Shown here: positions 10,701 through 22,457 of the stretch, piece after piece
Position numbering within the stretch: the first letter of the stretch is position 1
Layout: each line of letters starts with the position of its first letter
Assembly (NCBI GenBank): GCA_000708835.1
Contig: DF237001.1
Span: 1 to 64,000 of the forward strand
Direction: 5' to 3'
Length of the DNA stretch: 64,000 bases
Source of the DNA: Klebsormidium nitens
Lineage: Eukaryota > Plantae > Klebsormidiophyceae
Position numbers and translations under genes: made by a program
The notes under the pieces: model-generated
Database searches by the model: none
Told to the model about the DNA's origin: nothing
The model's input: only the letters and a program-made list of their open reading frames with translations

Positions 10701-13700
10701 TGAGGCCGTCTTGGGCAGGACCGCCCCTCTTTCCTTCCTTCTACTCTTCCGTATTCAGATCCTCAAAGTTTAGATTCTGCAAAGGGTCTGCAGCGAAGAA
10801 GTGGTCTGTCGCAGCGAAGAACTTGCTGCGACAGACCCTCTCGCATTCCGCTCTTCAGCTCTTCCGCTTTTTCGCTCTTTAGCTTTTTGGCCTCTTAACC
10901 AGGTCCTCGGAGCCTGAAACCTGTGCCAACGTACGTAGAAGGCCTGCGGTTTTCAAGCCCTGCGTAAGCTCGTTCTGCCCCTCAACCTTTCGAACCCCAA
11001 ATACGCTTTGAGAAGTCCCACTATCCAAGCCAAGAAGTCCTCACATCCAACCCGAGATGTCCTGAAATTTTCTCAAACGCAACCAGAGATTTTGCCTGAA
11101 AATTAACCCCAAACATCCTCAAACCCCCAAAACTCCGCGCAGGTGTACATCGAGGACATACAAAAGCACCGTGCCACGTGCGAGTCCGTCCTGCGAGACT
11201 CCCTCACCATCTGCGCGCGCACCTACGCGTTCCTCCTCCCCAAAGACGCCACCAACCGGGACGTCCGCATCCTATTCCTCGCGCTCTCTTCGGACGCGGC
11301 TACGGACGCGCGCGCCGGGTTTAGTCCGTACGACAGCATCGACGACGCGCGGGCACGTGTGGCGCACTTCCACACGTGCGCGAACGCGGCGCGCGGGTGT
11401 TCGTGGTGAAGGACGCGCCGTGCCGGGTGAGTGACGCCGTGGCACGTCAGCGAGCTCTTGCGAACGACGTCGGTGCTGGGGCAGTACGGTTGTAAGCTTG
11501 TTCTTTTCGGCCGATGAAAGCGATTGTCGAGCAACGTCCGCGGCAGAAGAACATGCGCTTCTGCTTCTGATCGAACCGTTAAGTGTGTACTCAGTCAAAG
11601 CTCGGATTCAACTCTATGTTCCTCTCTCCAAGTCCGTCCAGGTTGTCGTGCTAGATTAGTCGAACGGGGTCCTTAACAAACAAGCTTCCAGACACGACTT
11701 TTACCTTGGTCTGGCCGTTTGAGGCTTATCATTCCTTCAATCTGTGTTTGCTGGCAAAAACATTTGGAAGGAAATCAAGGAATCTCGAACGCTTTCCAGG
11801 ACCCCTTTTCGTTATAATCCTTCAGATTGAAGGTCCAGAGAAGGTCCTTTTGTCAACTTAGCCGTCGATCTCTTGGGGTTATAGCCCAGCGGACTCGACA
11901 GGGCTGGTCAGAATCCCTCCTTGCGTTAAGTCGTTTCGACTGGCCTTCCTTAGGCAGATCCAAGCCCATCTTCTGACTTTATTCTCGAGGCGCTCGCAGG
12001 ACTCCCGAGGGGCTGCCCTTGCAGACGAGCTCATTCACACCGACGGCAACGTCTTCATCTCGGAAGACCTCGCGAAGTTGGTCCCCGCCGGAATCAGTCA
12101 GGGGTGTTTGCCGAAGGAGAAGTCCGGCCACGACGTAAGCACCACGTTATCTCTTTTGAAAGCAGAGTCGACATTCGCTGTTTAACTGCAGGAGGAACTT
12201 GCTAAAGCTGGGTCTCGTTTCAGGGCCTTGGATCCAGCATGCCAAAACTCATCTATGCTTTTCCTTTTCTTGAGCTGTTTTCAGTCGTCCATTTTCTGGA
12301 TTTTGAGAATCAGCTTTTCTGGACCGAACCCGCCGATCGCTCAGCCCTTCTCGTGCGATTCATTTGCATCTAGCGTGATTCCACCAAACTCCATCTCGTT
12401 CGCCCCTTCTCACCTTTCAGCACATGCCGCTGGTATTGCGTTTGGTCTGAGCCCTGACACAGGCGCCTCAAAAGCACTATGACCATCCAGATATCCAAGC
12501 CCCTGTATTTCATTTCAACACTTCGATCTTCTGAAGTTCACACATTCCGTTCTGGCAGATTCCGCTGGTCATCCAGTTCCGCTTGTTCCACGAGGGAGAG
12601 GCCTTCAAGGGCACGGTGACCCTGAACCGGTTGCTTCCGCCCAACACCCTGGTTCTGCCGGGATCCTGCCGGAAAGTGGCACGTGACCACGCCTGGGCGG
12701 AAGCGCTGCCCCGGGCCTTGTCCAGCTTCGAAGTGTGCCAATCGTCGTGAGTAGTGGTGACAACTTTGCTCAAAGCAAGGCCTCGATACGAGTCCTGATT
12801 CTTTTTTGGTGCGGTTCGAAAACCCGCTTTTGTCTGAATTCTCGGTTGCCTTGGATTGAACTCTGGCTAGTTCTGAAAATATTCAGGTTCATTCAGAGAT
12901 CCTAAACTCGGTACTACTGATTCTTGATACTAGTCGTTGCGTGCTGACAGCAACAAAACTACGACGAGAGGTGATATTCGGCGGTCTTCTCACTCCAACG
13001 GTTCTTCGTTTGCCTTTCCGTCAAGTTGACTCGTCATCAGGTACTGAAGATTGGAATGCTCAAAAAATCGGACCCCCCCAAATAATCTGGATCTTTTCTC
13101 CCGGCAGGCAAGAACCGAGCGGCGAAGCCCGGTTGAACCAGCAGCTGATTCTGCTGCTCTGGCACGGAGGAGTGCCCACCGAGACGTTTATGCGCCTCCT
13201 AGACGACGCGCTCGAAGCCCTGCTGACGTCATGCACTGACGTTGCTGCGGCTTACAAAGGTATGCAGATTGTTGTCGAGGCTTCTGTTTGCAGCCCATGC
13301 GATATTAGATTCGAGTGTGCTTCGGCGGACACTTCCCTCTTACCCTAAAAATTCCCGCCGACAATGCCCTCTGCATGCGATCGTGTCTTCCTATCATGGA
13401 TGCTTTCACCTGCTTCACGGCTTCTGATGTGCTTCATTGTCATTTTCCTCCTAAATCGGGTCTCATTTATAAATCGATAGCTGCGTCAGGTTTTCAACCC
13501 TTGAAACAAATGTCCAGCCTTTGTCTCCATCGTTATTTTGGCTGACCGCTCGAAGCGTCAGAATAACGAAAGCACTCAGAGTCGATCCATGGAAGCGACA
13601 TACACCCAGGAATCTCTTCACCCACGTTGAAATTTCCACGTCAAATGAATCCGACCAGATCCATTCTTGCAGTCGCCAATTCTTTCGGCAGCGACGACCG

Positions 13701-16700
13701 CCCGAAGCAGCAGGCTCTGGACGCGCTCATCATGCTGACGTCAGGCTTCGACATGCACGAGCTGCGGCTCCGGTCGATCGTACGGACGCTGCAAAAGGAG
13801 CGCTTCGTGGAGCTCAGCCGCGGACGCATCCCGGTGAAACGGACGTACAGCAATCTGATGGGCATTGCGGACCCAACGGGACAGCTGGCACCGGATGAGG
13901 TCATGGTCATCCTGTGAGGCCGCCGTCTCGCCTTTTCTTTTGAGATTTTCAAATCTTCAATTGGACCTCTCTTGATTGGTCACTATCTCGATTTTGGTCT
14001 GTCCAGGTAGCGTCCATTCTCCGGTGTTCGCTGGGAAAAAGTCATGTTGACTTTTGAGACCTGACGCCGTGAGTGCCGGCTCTTGTTTCCGACTTTCACT
14101 TTATACTTCTGGTTCTTCCTTTTGCTTTCCTCCTCTTATTTTTCGTATTTTTTGTTCTGCATACCTTCTTTATTACTGCTTTCCTTCTTCTTTCTGCAAT
14201 CCTTCTGGGCTTGATTCTATCAGATCCACCCTCTTGTTTTCGAACCCCGCTCCGTTTGTTGAATCTTGATGTTCAGCGCAGTACCAGCCTTCCCCTAACA
14301 TCCTTGTCTCCTGCACCTCTCGCCTTTCCACTCCGCAGTTTGTCGGCCTTCGACGATTTAGTCGGACTCGTCAGGTCTAGAGAGCGTTTGGAAGACGAGC
14401 TGCGCCTCCCTGGCAACTTCCCCATTTCTGTATATGTAGACTTGGAGTCTGATAGGAGCGGAACTAGGATCTTTCAGTCACGTCCAAGCAAACGACTTGC
14501 ACCGGACAACTAAGCTTCGCTGTCTGCTAAACTGCTATCAGGTTAGTCCCCATCTCGAGGTTATAAAGGATCGCTTCCGAAGCCGCAGAACGTGCAGGTA
14601 TGTGAAACGGCTCATCGTACTTTGTTCCGCTCTGCTGCTGCCAGTTTTGGTGCAGGCGGAAGGCGTCTCAGGGGGTTATGGTGCTTCTAAGCTCTAGTTA
14701 TTGCGCGTCCTTTTCCGTTTCGCTCATTACTTTCCCTTCATTTGTGCGGACGGGATATCGCACGACTTTATTTACAAGACCTTCTTCCGTCCGCCTTGGT
14801 TTCATCGCAAGGCGTTCTTCTAATTGTGACAAGTTTTGCCAAACCTGCGTTTCTCTTGTTCGTTCCGCTCAGGTTTCGTTCATTCCGTCCGTTGCAGGCC
14901 GGAAGGCGCGTAGTACCAAAACCCCGAGAAGGTCCTGGTCTTCCGCCAAACGGACTCCATTCGCGGGACATTCGAGTCTTCCAAGCCCGGAAAGTTCCGG
15001 CTATGTCTTGTCCGTTCCGCTCAACGGCTTCCGTTTCGTTTGTTGCAGGCCGGAAGGAGCGCGGTATTAACCTCCGAAAAGGTCCTACTGTTCCGCCAAC
15101 CGGGGCTTCACCCTGGCGACATCCGGGTCTTCAAGATCCAAAAAGTGCCCGCTAATGTGACCGTTCCGCTCAGCGCCTTCCGTTCCGTCGTTGCAGNNNN
15201 NNNNNNNNNNNNNNNNNNNNNNNNNNNNNNNNNNNNNNNNNNNNNNNNNNNNNNNNNNNNNNNNNNNNNNNNNNNNNNNNNNNNNNNNNNNNNNNNNNNN
15301 NNNNNNNNNNNNNNNNNNNNNNNNNNNNNNNNNNNNNNNNNNNNNNNNNNNNNNNNNNNNNNNNNNNNNNNNNNNNNNNNNNNNNNNNNNNNNNNNNNNN
15401 NNNNNNNNNNNNNNNNNNNNNNNNNNNNNNNNNNNNNNNNNNNNNNNNNNNNNNNNNNNNNNNNNNNNNNNNNNNNNNNNNNNNNNNNNNNNNNNNNNNN
15501 NNNNNNNNNNNNNNNNNNNNNNNNNNNNNNNNNNNNNNNNNNNNNNNNNNNNNNNNNNNNNNNNNNNNNNNNNNNNNNNNNNNNNNNNNNNNNNNNNNNN
15601 NNNNNNNNNNNNNNNNNNNNNNNNNNNNNNNNNNNNNNNNNNNNNNNNNNNNNNNNNNNNNNNNNNNNNNNNNNNNNNNNNNNNNNNNNNNNNNNNNNNN
15701 NNNNNNNNNNNNNNNNNNNNNNNNNNNNNNNNNNNNNNNNNNNNNNNNNNNNNNNNNNNNNNNNNNNNNNNNNNNNNNNCAACCGGGACTCCATCCGGGC
15801 GACATCCGGGTCTTCAAGGCACGGAAAGTGCCCGGAATCGAGGCCCTGGTAGGCTCTTCCGGGTACGCCATCATCTTTTCCGTTCAGGGGCCGCGTTCCG
15901 CCGCGGACATGATGGCGGGAGGAGATCTGGACGGAGATCCCTACTGGGTTTGCTTCAACGAGGAGGTGGGTCTGGGGCTTAACCTGGGGTCATAGATTTT
16001 GCTTCGGATTGTGTCAATGACTGAAGCAGAGTCATGGCGGATCTGCAAAAAGAATTCGGGCGTGCCTTGGAAGTTGCGAAACAGAACAAGAGTAGGTTGC
16101 GACACTTTGGTTCCTTAATTTTATACCTCGTCTACTCAAGTTTAGGAGGGTGCTTAATGCTCTGCTCAAAGAAAGAAGTGTGACCAAACAGCAGTCTCGG
16201 GCACTTTGCTTTGCCCGATTCGACTTCCGACAGCGTCAGAAAAGTTTTCGTCTTTTGATCTTCTGATCTGTATGCACTCTGTTTCCCTGACCTGCAATGG
16301 GAAGAGTCGGAAGCAAGATTACCCTCTGCCTTTTCCAGTGTCCAAAACATAAGCTCTACTCGCGAATCACGCTTGGTTGGCATCAAGAAATTTCAATCGC
16401 CCCTACGCCAGACTGCTTCGGCCGTGCAATCTCAGCCGTCCGGTCCGCCCGTCCGCAGCTGTGCGCGCCGTTCCAGCCGTCCGATCCGATGGAGCGCCTG
16501 CAGCCGTCCGGCGTCCGTCCGGAGCCGCTGCCGAACTCCGCGGACGAACTGAACGCAAAACTGCGCGAGCACTTCCTGACGTGTGCCTTTGCCATCCAGT
16601 GAGCGACGCCCTCTGAACTTTCAAAGGTCTGTTGAAGCCCAATGAAAAGAGTCGACAAGCGTGTCCTTTTGGATGATCAAGATGTGCATAGCGTCCGTTT

Positions 16701-19700
16701 CCGGGATCTAGAATGAAAGCCAAGTACTTCTGTAAAATCTTCAATGATCAATGTGTCAAATTGGTGTGCATCTCCCGCCGGGAATGGTGCAAGTTGTCGA
16801 TGCAGAATTCTTGAGAGGTCCAGGAAACTCTTGGACGATCTAAGATACGAAAGTCTCAGCAGCGCTTCCAAACCCTTCTCTACTTTCAAAATGGGCTGTA
16901 CAGGGATACATAGTTCCTAATCAGGAATTGAAAGCTGTCACACAATGGCTTCAAAGGTATGATCCGTTGCTCGGGAGTTGAAGGACAGTCGTCTAAAGTG
17001 TGCTCGATTCAAGCGTCCTTACGTTCGCACATGTCAGAACCTGACACCAGGAGTTGTCTGCGACCGGCACTTGTTGGACAGCCCAGAATAAATCGATAGA
17101 AACTACTGCGTAGTGCTTAGAATCTTCGGAGTTGGTATGCCTTGTGGTTACTCGCTACTTAAGTAAGCGCCTCAGTCTGGGCGAGGTCTTTCTAATCCAC
17201 TTCGTAATGAAAGAAACGGTAAAATACTTGGCAAAAAGTAACCACCGTCAAAATTCTGGCAAGGCTTCTCCCGCTTGGAGGATCCAGTCGTATGACGTGA
17301 GCTTCTGAGCTTGGTGATGACAGCGGTACGATCACGTCAGGATTACAACATCATCAACCCTGGCATGCTAGAAGCTTTGAAAAAAACGCTTGAAATAGGT
17401 GTTCGGCTCTAGACTTTCCTTGTCGATTGTTGGCAAGGAATCGCCAACCGTACTCGTCAACGCTGCAGAATTTATAAGGCTGATCGTTTTTTGCATAGCT
17501 TTCAAAAAATCGAGAACTTTCGCAGGGGGGCGATCGGCGGTGCGCAGCGCAACTGGCTGGCGCATGCGGACTGGGGCAGCCAGGACGAGCGGCCAATTCG
17601 AGGGGGCGGCCCAGGGAGCGCCACGTGTCTCGCTCTGAATGAGATCTACTGCCGGGCGCTCGATGCGGGGAAGTCGGGCGAGAAGGTGCGCGGGCGTACT
17701 TTTCGGTTGGCGATTTTCGGTTGGTGCTCAAGGACCGGAATGACCGGAACTTTATGGTTGCACACATCAAGGAGGCGTTGAGACAATCGAGAAGGCACCG
17801 TGAAGATCGAAAGGCATTTGCATTTGGGCCAACAATCTTAAACGGGAGACCGGACAATTCATTCCAAGCAGAAGCTCGTTCTGCGAGGGACTGCTTAGCC
17901 ATGTTTTGCTGAGACACTTTAGTCATGAAGGCAGGTTGTCATCCAAAAATCACTCTTGACCCGTAACTCCGTTGAACTTCAATCCTCCTCTAGTTCCCCT
18001 CTTCTTTTCCCAATCAAGTATCGTACGTCTCCGTTCTCATTCAACGTTGCATAGCATTGACCCAAGTTTGTCTTGAATCTAACCTGAAGCTCAACCCCTC
18101 CAATTCCAAAATGCAAATCTAAATCCCAAAACGCATCTCAAGAGAATGACGGTTCGTCCTTGATCCTAATGCTGCCCGAATCCAAACCCCCGGTAATATT
18201 CCGTTTGCAGGTCAGCGTCCCGCCGGAACTGCTCGCGTCGCATTACCCGTCGTACATGGAGAAGGGCAAGGAAACGCGCGAGCGGGGGGGCAATCTGACC
18301 GCGTTCACGGAGTACGAGTCCAAGTCTGTGCTGGGGCGGATTTACCAGCGCGTTTATCCACTCCTGCACGAGGCGCAGGAAAAACCGGGTGAGGACACAA
18401 AAACTCTCATTACTTTGGCGTTAAGAGCCGCAGTGCTTTCAGATTTTGAGTCACTAAGTAATCTGGGCAATTTGAGTACTTTGGGCAGTTGTTTAGCTTG
18501 TTGGTTATGAGTTGGTGCTGGGGTGAGTACCAGTGGGTGTATCCACGCTTGCCTGACGCGCAGGAGAAGCCGGGTGAGCAACGAGAAGACGGTCTTGTAG
18601 TTATCTTTGGGGTTGAGGACTTCCGTGCTCTCAGATTCTTGGCAACCTGGGCGACTCGAGTACTCTGGGCGGTCGTCAAACTTGTTAATCTTGAGTCGGT
18701 GCTGGGCGGAAAAAAATAGCGGTTGTATGGCAGTTGCACCAGGCGCGTTAAAAGCCGGGTGAGTAACGCAAGAGGCTTTCAGTAATCAGAGACTAAGAGT
18801 TGCAGTGCTTTTACGTGGGTTGCGGGCATCTGATCATGCGCTGGTGTCGGCGCAAATGCATCGGCGAAGGTTTCAACCTTGCAAGAAGCGGAGGGAAAGT
18901 GGGCTCCGTAGCACGCCGCCAGACCAATTTAAGTTGGTACTCGATGTCTGATTCTATTGTGAAGCATTCGAGACTTGAATTAGACCTTCAAACGAGCCCG
19001 CCATTGCTTATGCTGGACTGAGTATCGAAGTTGGTGCATGGGCGTACGCGCCAGGAGAGCAGAAGCCAGACCAGAGGCGCTACACACCTTTGAATCTTTC
19101 TTTCGAAGTTTAGGGTCTCAGGATCTGAGAATTAATGGGCAAACCTGATAGTTATTCTGAAACCTAGCTGGGGCTTGGGGGAACGAATCTTTGAGCGGGG
19201 TTATTTTCTTGGGGGCCGAGGCACAGGATTAGCCTGATGAGCGCAGGGGCGGAAAACTTCCCGGAATTTGGCAATCTCCGTCTGCGGCTTTGTGAAACAG
19301 AAGCTTCACACGGAATACGAGCGCTTTTTCCGCCTCACACGCATCGTAAGTGGTCAATCTGCGACCGGGGAAACCTCATTGGTACTATTCGTACAAGCCT
19401 TTTGGCTGACACGACCAGATTTGCAGAACTTTGCGTTGACTTCCTCGAGTCCAGGAAATTTCCAAGTGAAGCAAGCGCCGACCTCAGGGGTATCAGAGCG
19501 GCGAAACCGGCTCGTTGGAGTGGTGAAAGTGCTTGTGAATTTGGCTCCGTTCCGTCAATAAAGGGAGCCTCCGCTTATACCAAGCTGTTATCAGGGCCGT
19601 CATGATTGGCAGAGGCGCTTAGCCAATTCTCCCTGTGTCTGTCTCCGCAGAAAAAGTGCTTCCCTGACAAAAACCAAAAACCCGCTAAGATCTTGGTACC

Positions 19701-22457
19701 GACAACCCGCTGAGATTCTCAAATTCGGACGCTGCAACCGGTTCACAGGATCCGGTCTGCGACGAGAACTCACGAATTTTAACCACGTCCCTCAATGCTA
19801 ACGACCAGAAATGGTAACCACTCTTACCACAAAACCTTGAGTACCCTAACCCCGCAACGTTTCGCAGAGGAGGTAATCTTCGACGAAGACCTCAAGCTCG
19901 ACTTGGCGGGGAACAACGCCCCGGTCTGGACGCAGTGGACGAAATGGCTGCACGAGTACAACCAGAGCGTCCGAGAGGCGATGTCCGGGCACCGTGCGGA
20001 CGCCCGCGAGGCCGCAATGGAGCAGGTCAAGCTCAAGTACAAGCGGGTGAGGGCTGGGCTGCTGTGCAAGCGCACCTGCGCGCGCAACATCTGTACGTTG
20101 AAGCGCGAAAGTTTGGATGCAATCGGGCGCGGTTTCTAAACGACAACGCGCTGTTTGGTTGCATTTGGGTGCGTTTTTCAAGCACAATAGCGCACAGTTT
20201 CGAGTCCCGTAAATGGGTGCGGGGATGTTCAACCAGGTACGTGGGGACCGCCTATGAATGGGTGTATAGCCTATGGGCTCTGGACGCCAGGATGCTTGCG
20301 GGGATGGCGAATGCGAGATCTGTTTTTGGATCGAAATACTGAGGGTCGATTTTTCGACACTTGGAAGTGAGATCCGGATCCGAGCTTAAAGGACATCAAA
20401 GTGGTCTAAGTACGGAACAAAAGTATTTTCGACCGTGTGATGAGTGCCTATGAGCCAGGAGCTTTATGCTCATAGATCGCACACGTGAACGAAGACACGA
20501 CTGGGACTGCGGTCCGGTCCTCAAAGAGGAGCTCTTATGCGGAAATTCGGGAGCAGCCACATGAGGCACAGCAGGCCGTTGGATGGGCTGTAAAAGACGT
20601 TGCCTGATTCCACGTCACCGTATCAGCATGCCGTACAATCTGCTCCTCACTCCGAACGTCGTCGGTTTGTCCAACAGTTCACTACATTCACGGTACACTT
20701 GTGAAAAAGCGCGGCTTAACTTGGTCGAATTCCAGGTCCCGCAGATATCGCGGCACCGTCCGATGACCATACCACGTGCTTTGCAGCTCCCGAGTGTTCG
20801 GAATTTCTGACAGGTACCGTGCAGGACCGGGCCTACGGCCAGCGTACACTGAGTCTGAAGCTCCAAAATTGCTCAAATCAGACCACAAGTACTTGCAGTC
20901 GGCATTTCACTTCTTCACTTTTAACGCACAGCTTCAACATAGGCCGAGGACTTCCCTAGCTGTATTGGAAGTGTTAAGTTTTTAGGTACTCAATCCGCAC
21001 TTCTCCAGCTACGCCCCGGGACCTAATCTAGCAGGGAAATGGGGCTNNNNNNNNNNNNNNNNNNNNNNNNNNNNNNNNNNNNNNNNNNNNNNNNNNNNNN
21101 NNNNNNNNNNNNNNNNNNNNNNNNNNNNNNNNNNNNNNNNNNNNNNNNNNNNNNNNNNNNNNNNNNNNNNNNNNNNNNNNNNNNNNNNNNNNNNNNNNNN
21201 NNNNNNNNNNNNNNNNNNNNNNNNNNNNNNNNNNNNNNNNNNNNNNNNNNNNNNNNNNNNNNNNNNNNNNNNNNNNNNNNNNNNNNNNNNNNNNNNNNNN
21301 NNNNNNNNNNNNNNNNNNNNNNNNNNNNNNNNNNNNNNNNNNNNNNNNNNNNNNNNNNNNNNNNNNNNNNNNNNNNNNNNNNNNNNNNNNNNNNNNNNNN
21401 NNNNNNNNNNNNNNNNNNNNNNNNNNNNNNNNNNNNNNNNNNNNNNNNNNNNNNNNNNNNNNNNNNNNNNNNNNNNNNNNNNNNNNNNNNNNNNNNNNNN
21501 NNNNNNNNNNNNNNNNNNNNNNNNNNNNNNNNNNNNNNNNNNNNNNNNNNNNNNNNNNNNNNNNNNNNNNNNNNNNNNNNNNNNNNNNNNNNNNNNNNNN
21601 NNNNNNNNNNNNNNNNNNNNNNNNNNNNNNNNNNNNNNNNNNNNNNNNNNNNNNNNNNNNNNNNNNNNNNNNNNNNNNNNNNNNNNNNNNNNNNNNNNNN
21701 NNNNNNNNNNNNNNNNNNNNNNNNNNNNNNNNNNNNNNNNNNNNNNNNNNNNNNNNNNNNNNNNNNNNNNNNNNNNNNNNNNNNNNNNNNNNNNNNNNNN
21801 NNNNNNNNNNNNNNNNNNNNNNNNNNNNNNNNNNNNNNNNNNNNNNNNNNNNNNNNNNNNNNNNNNNNNNNNNNNNNNNNNNNNNNNNNNNNNNNNNNNN
21901 NNNNNNNNNNNNNNNNNNNNNNNNNNNNNNNNNNNNNNNNNNNNNNNNNNNNNNNNNNNNNNNNNNGTGGTTGGTCCGTATGCCCAGGCTCTGCAAGGTG
22001 CCTTACTCGGACATCCTTAAAGCAGAAACAGCGGAAAGTTCTGGAGGATTTTGTGCGGAATCTCCTTCCAAAAAATGGTCGCTCTTGACGAGCAGTACTG
22101 CTAGCACCTTTGATTCCAGTGCGCAAGCGTCCTTTCCACGTGTCAAAGAGCCTTGGTTTCTCCTTTATAGACGGCGCCTTTTATCCGTTCCAAATCTCAA
22201 GACGTACGGATTGCAATGGGTGCATAGTTACCCATCTGAGATTCTTTTGATGCAACGCGTGATCAATCGAATCCTCCTCGCAGCTGCTCTGGCAACAACA
22301 CCTCCCCCGTGACGTCACTCCCGCCGACGCCGACATCATCGCCCGGCTAGAGTCGGCGGCCCCTCCGGATGACGTCATCCTGGCGGCACGTGCGGCGTAC
22401 TCGGTGACGTACTCCGAAGCGAACGCGGCGTACGAGCGGGGGCGCGACGGCAGGCAG
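7789..22457 (+). CDS. RDR: RNA-dependent RNA polymerase, RDR-gamma (RDR3/4/5-like); exons 7789-9515, 10004-10286, 11143-11426, 12000-12134, 12559-12746, 13108-13259, 13673-13913, (start in gap)-15965, 16459-16598, 17526-17685, 18211-18388, 19868-20046, 22284-22457; terminal exon not located; apparent frameshift in exon 3
   Basis: Motifs AFGELEFKK, ARVAHFHT, LIHTDG-FISEDLA, PLVIQFRLFH-G--FKGT, LMGIADPTG, QPGLHPGDI, GPRSAADMMAGGDLDGDPYWV, YCRALDAGKSG, HYPSYMEK and SVLGRIY match the RDR-gamma motif order. All junctions are phase-compatible except around exon 3. Confidence 0.9.
8941..9003 (+). repeat. 21-bp coding tandem repeat x3 (GLPNPSP GLPNPSP SLPNPPL) in the RDR N-terminal disordered region
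   Basis: ggtttgcctaacccctcccct / ggtctgcctaacccttctcca / agtttgccaaaccctcccctc. Confidence 0.75.
14645..15196 (+). repeat. Tandem about 155-bp intronic copies of acceptor plus 5' part of the RDR catalytic exon, running into a gap
   Basis: tgcagg(c)cggaagg... at about 14651, 14894 and 15044; a further ttgcag at 15191-15196 directly before the gap. The copies contain a frameshifted or intact QPGLHPGDIRVFK-like sequence matching the real exon at 15780 onward. Confidence 0.85.
15197..15779. other. Assembly gap (583 N) hiding the true start of the RDR catalytic exon
   Basis: Run of N flanked by repeat copies. Confidence 1.
18320..18800 (+). repeat. About 190-bp tandem unit x3: RDR exon 11 3' end plus donor plus intron start
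   Basis: ...gcgcaggaaaaaccgg|gtgag (real, 18388), gcgcaggagaagccgggtgag (about 18557-18577), gcgcgttaaaagccgggtgag (about 18743-18763). The downstream intron sequence is also repeated. Confidence 0.85.
21047..21966. other. Assembly gap (920 N) in RDR intron 12
   Basis: Run of N. Confidence 1.
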
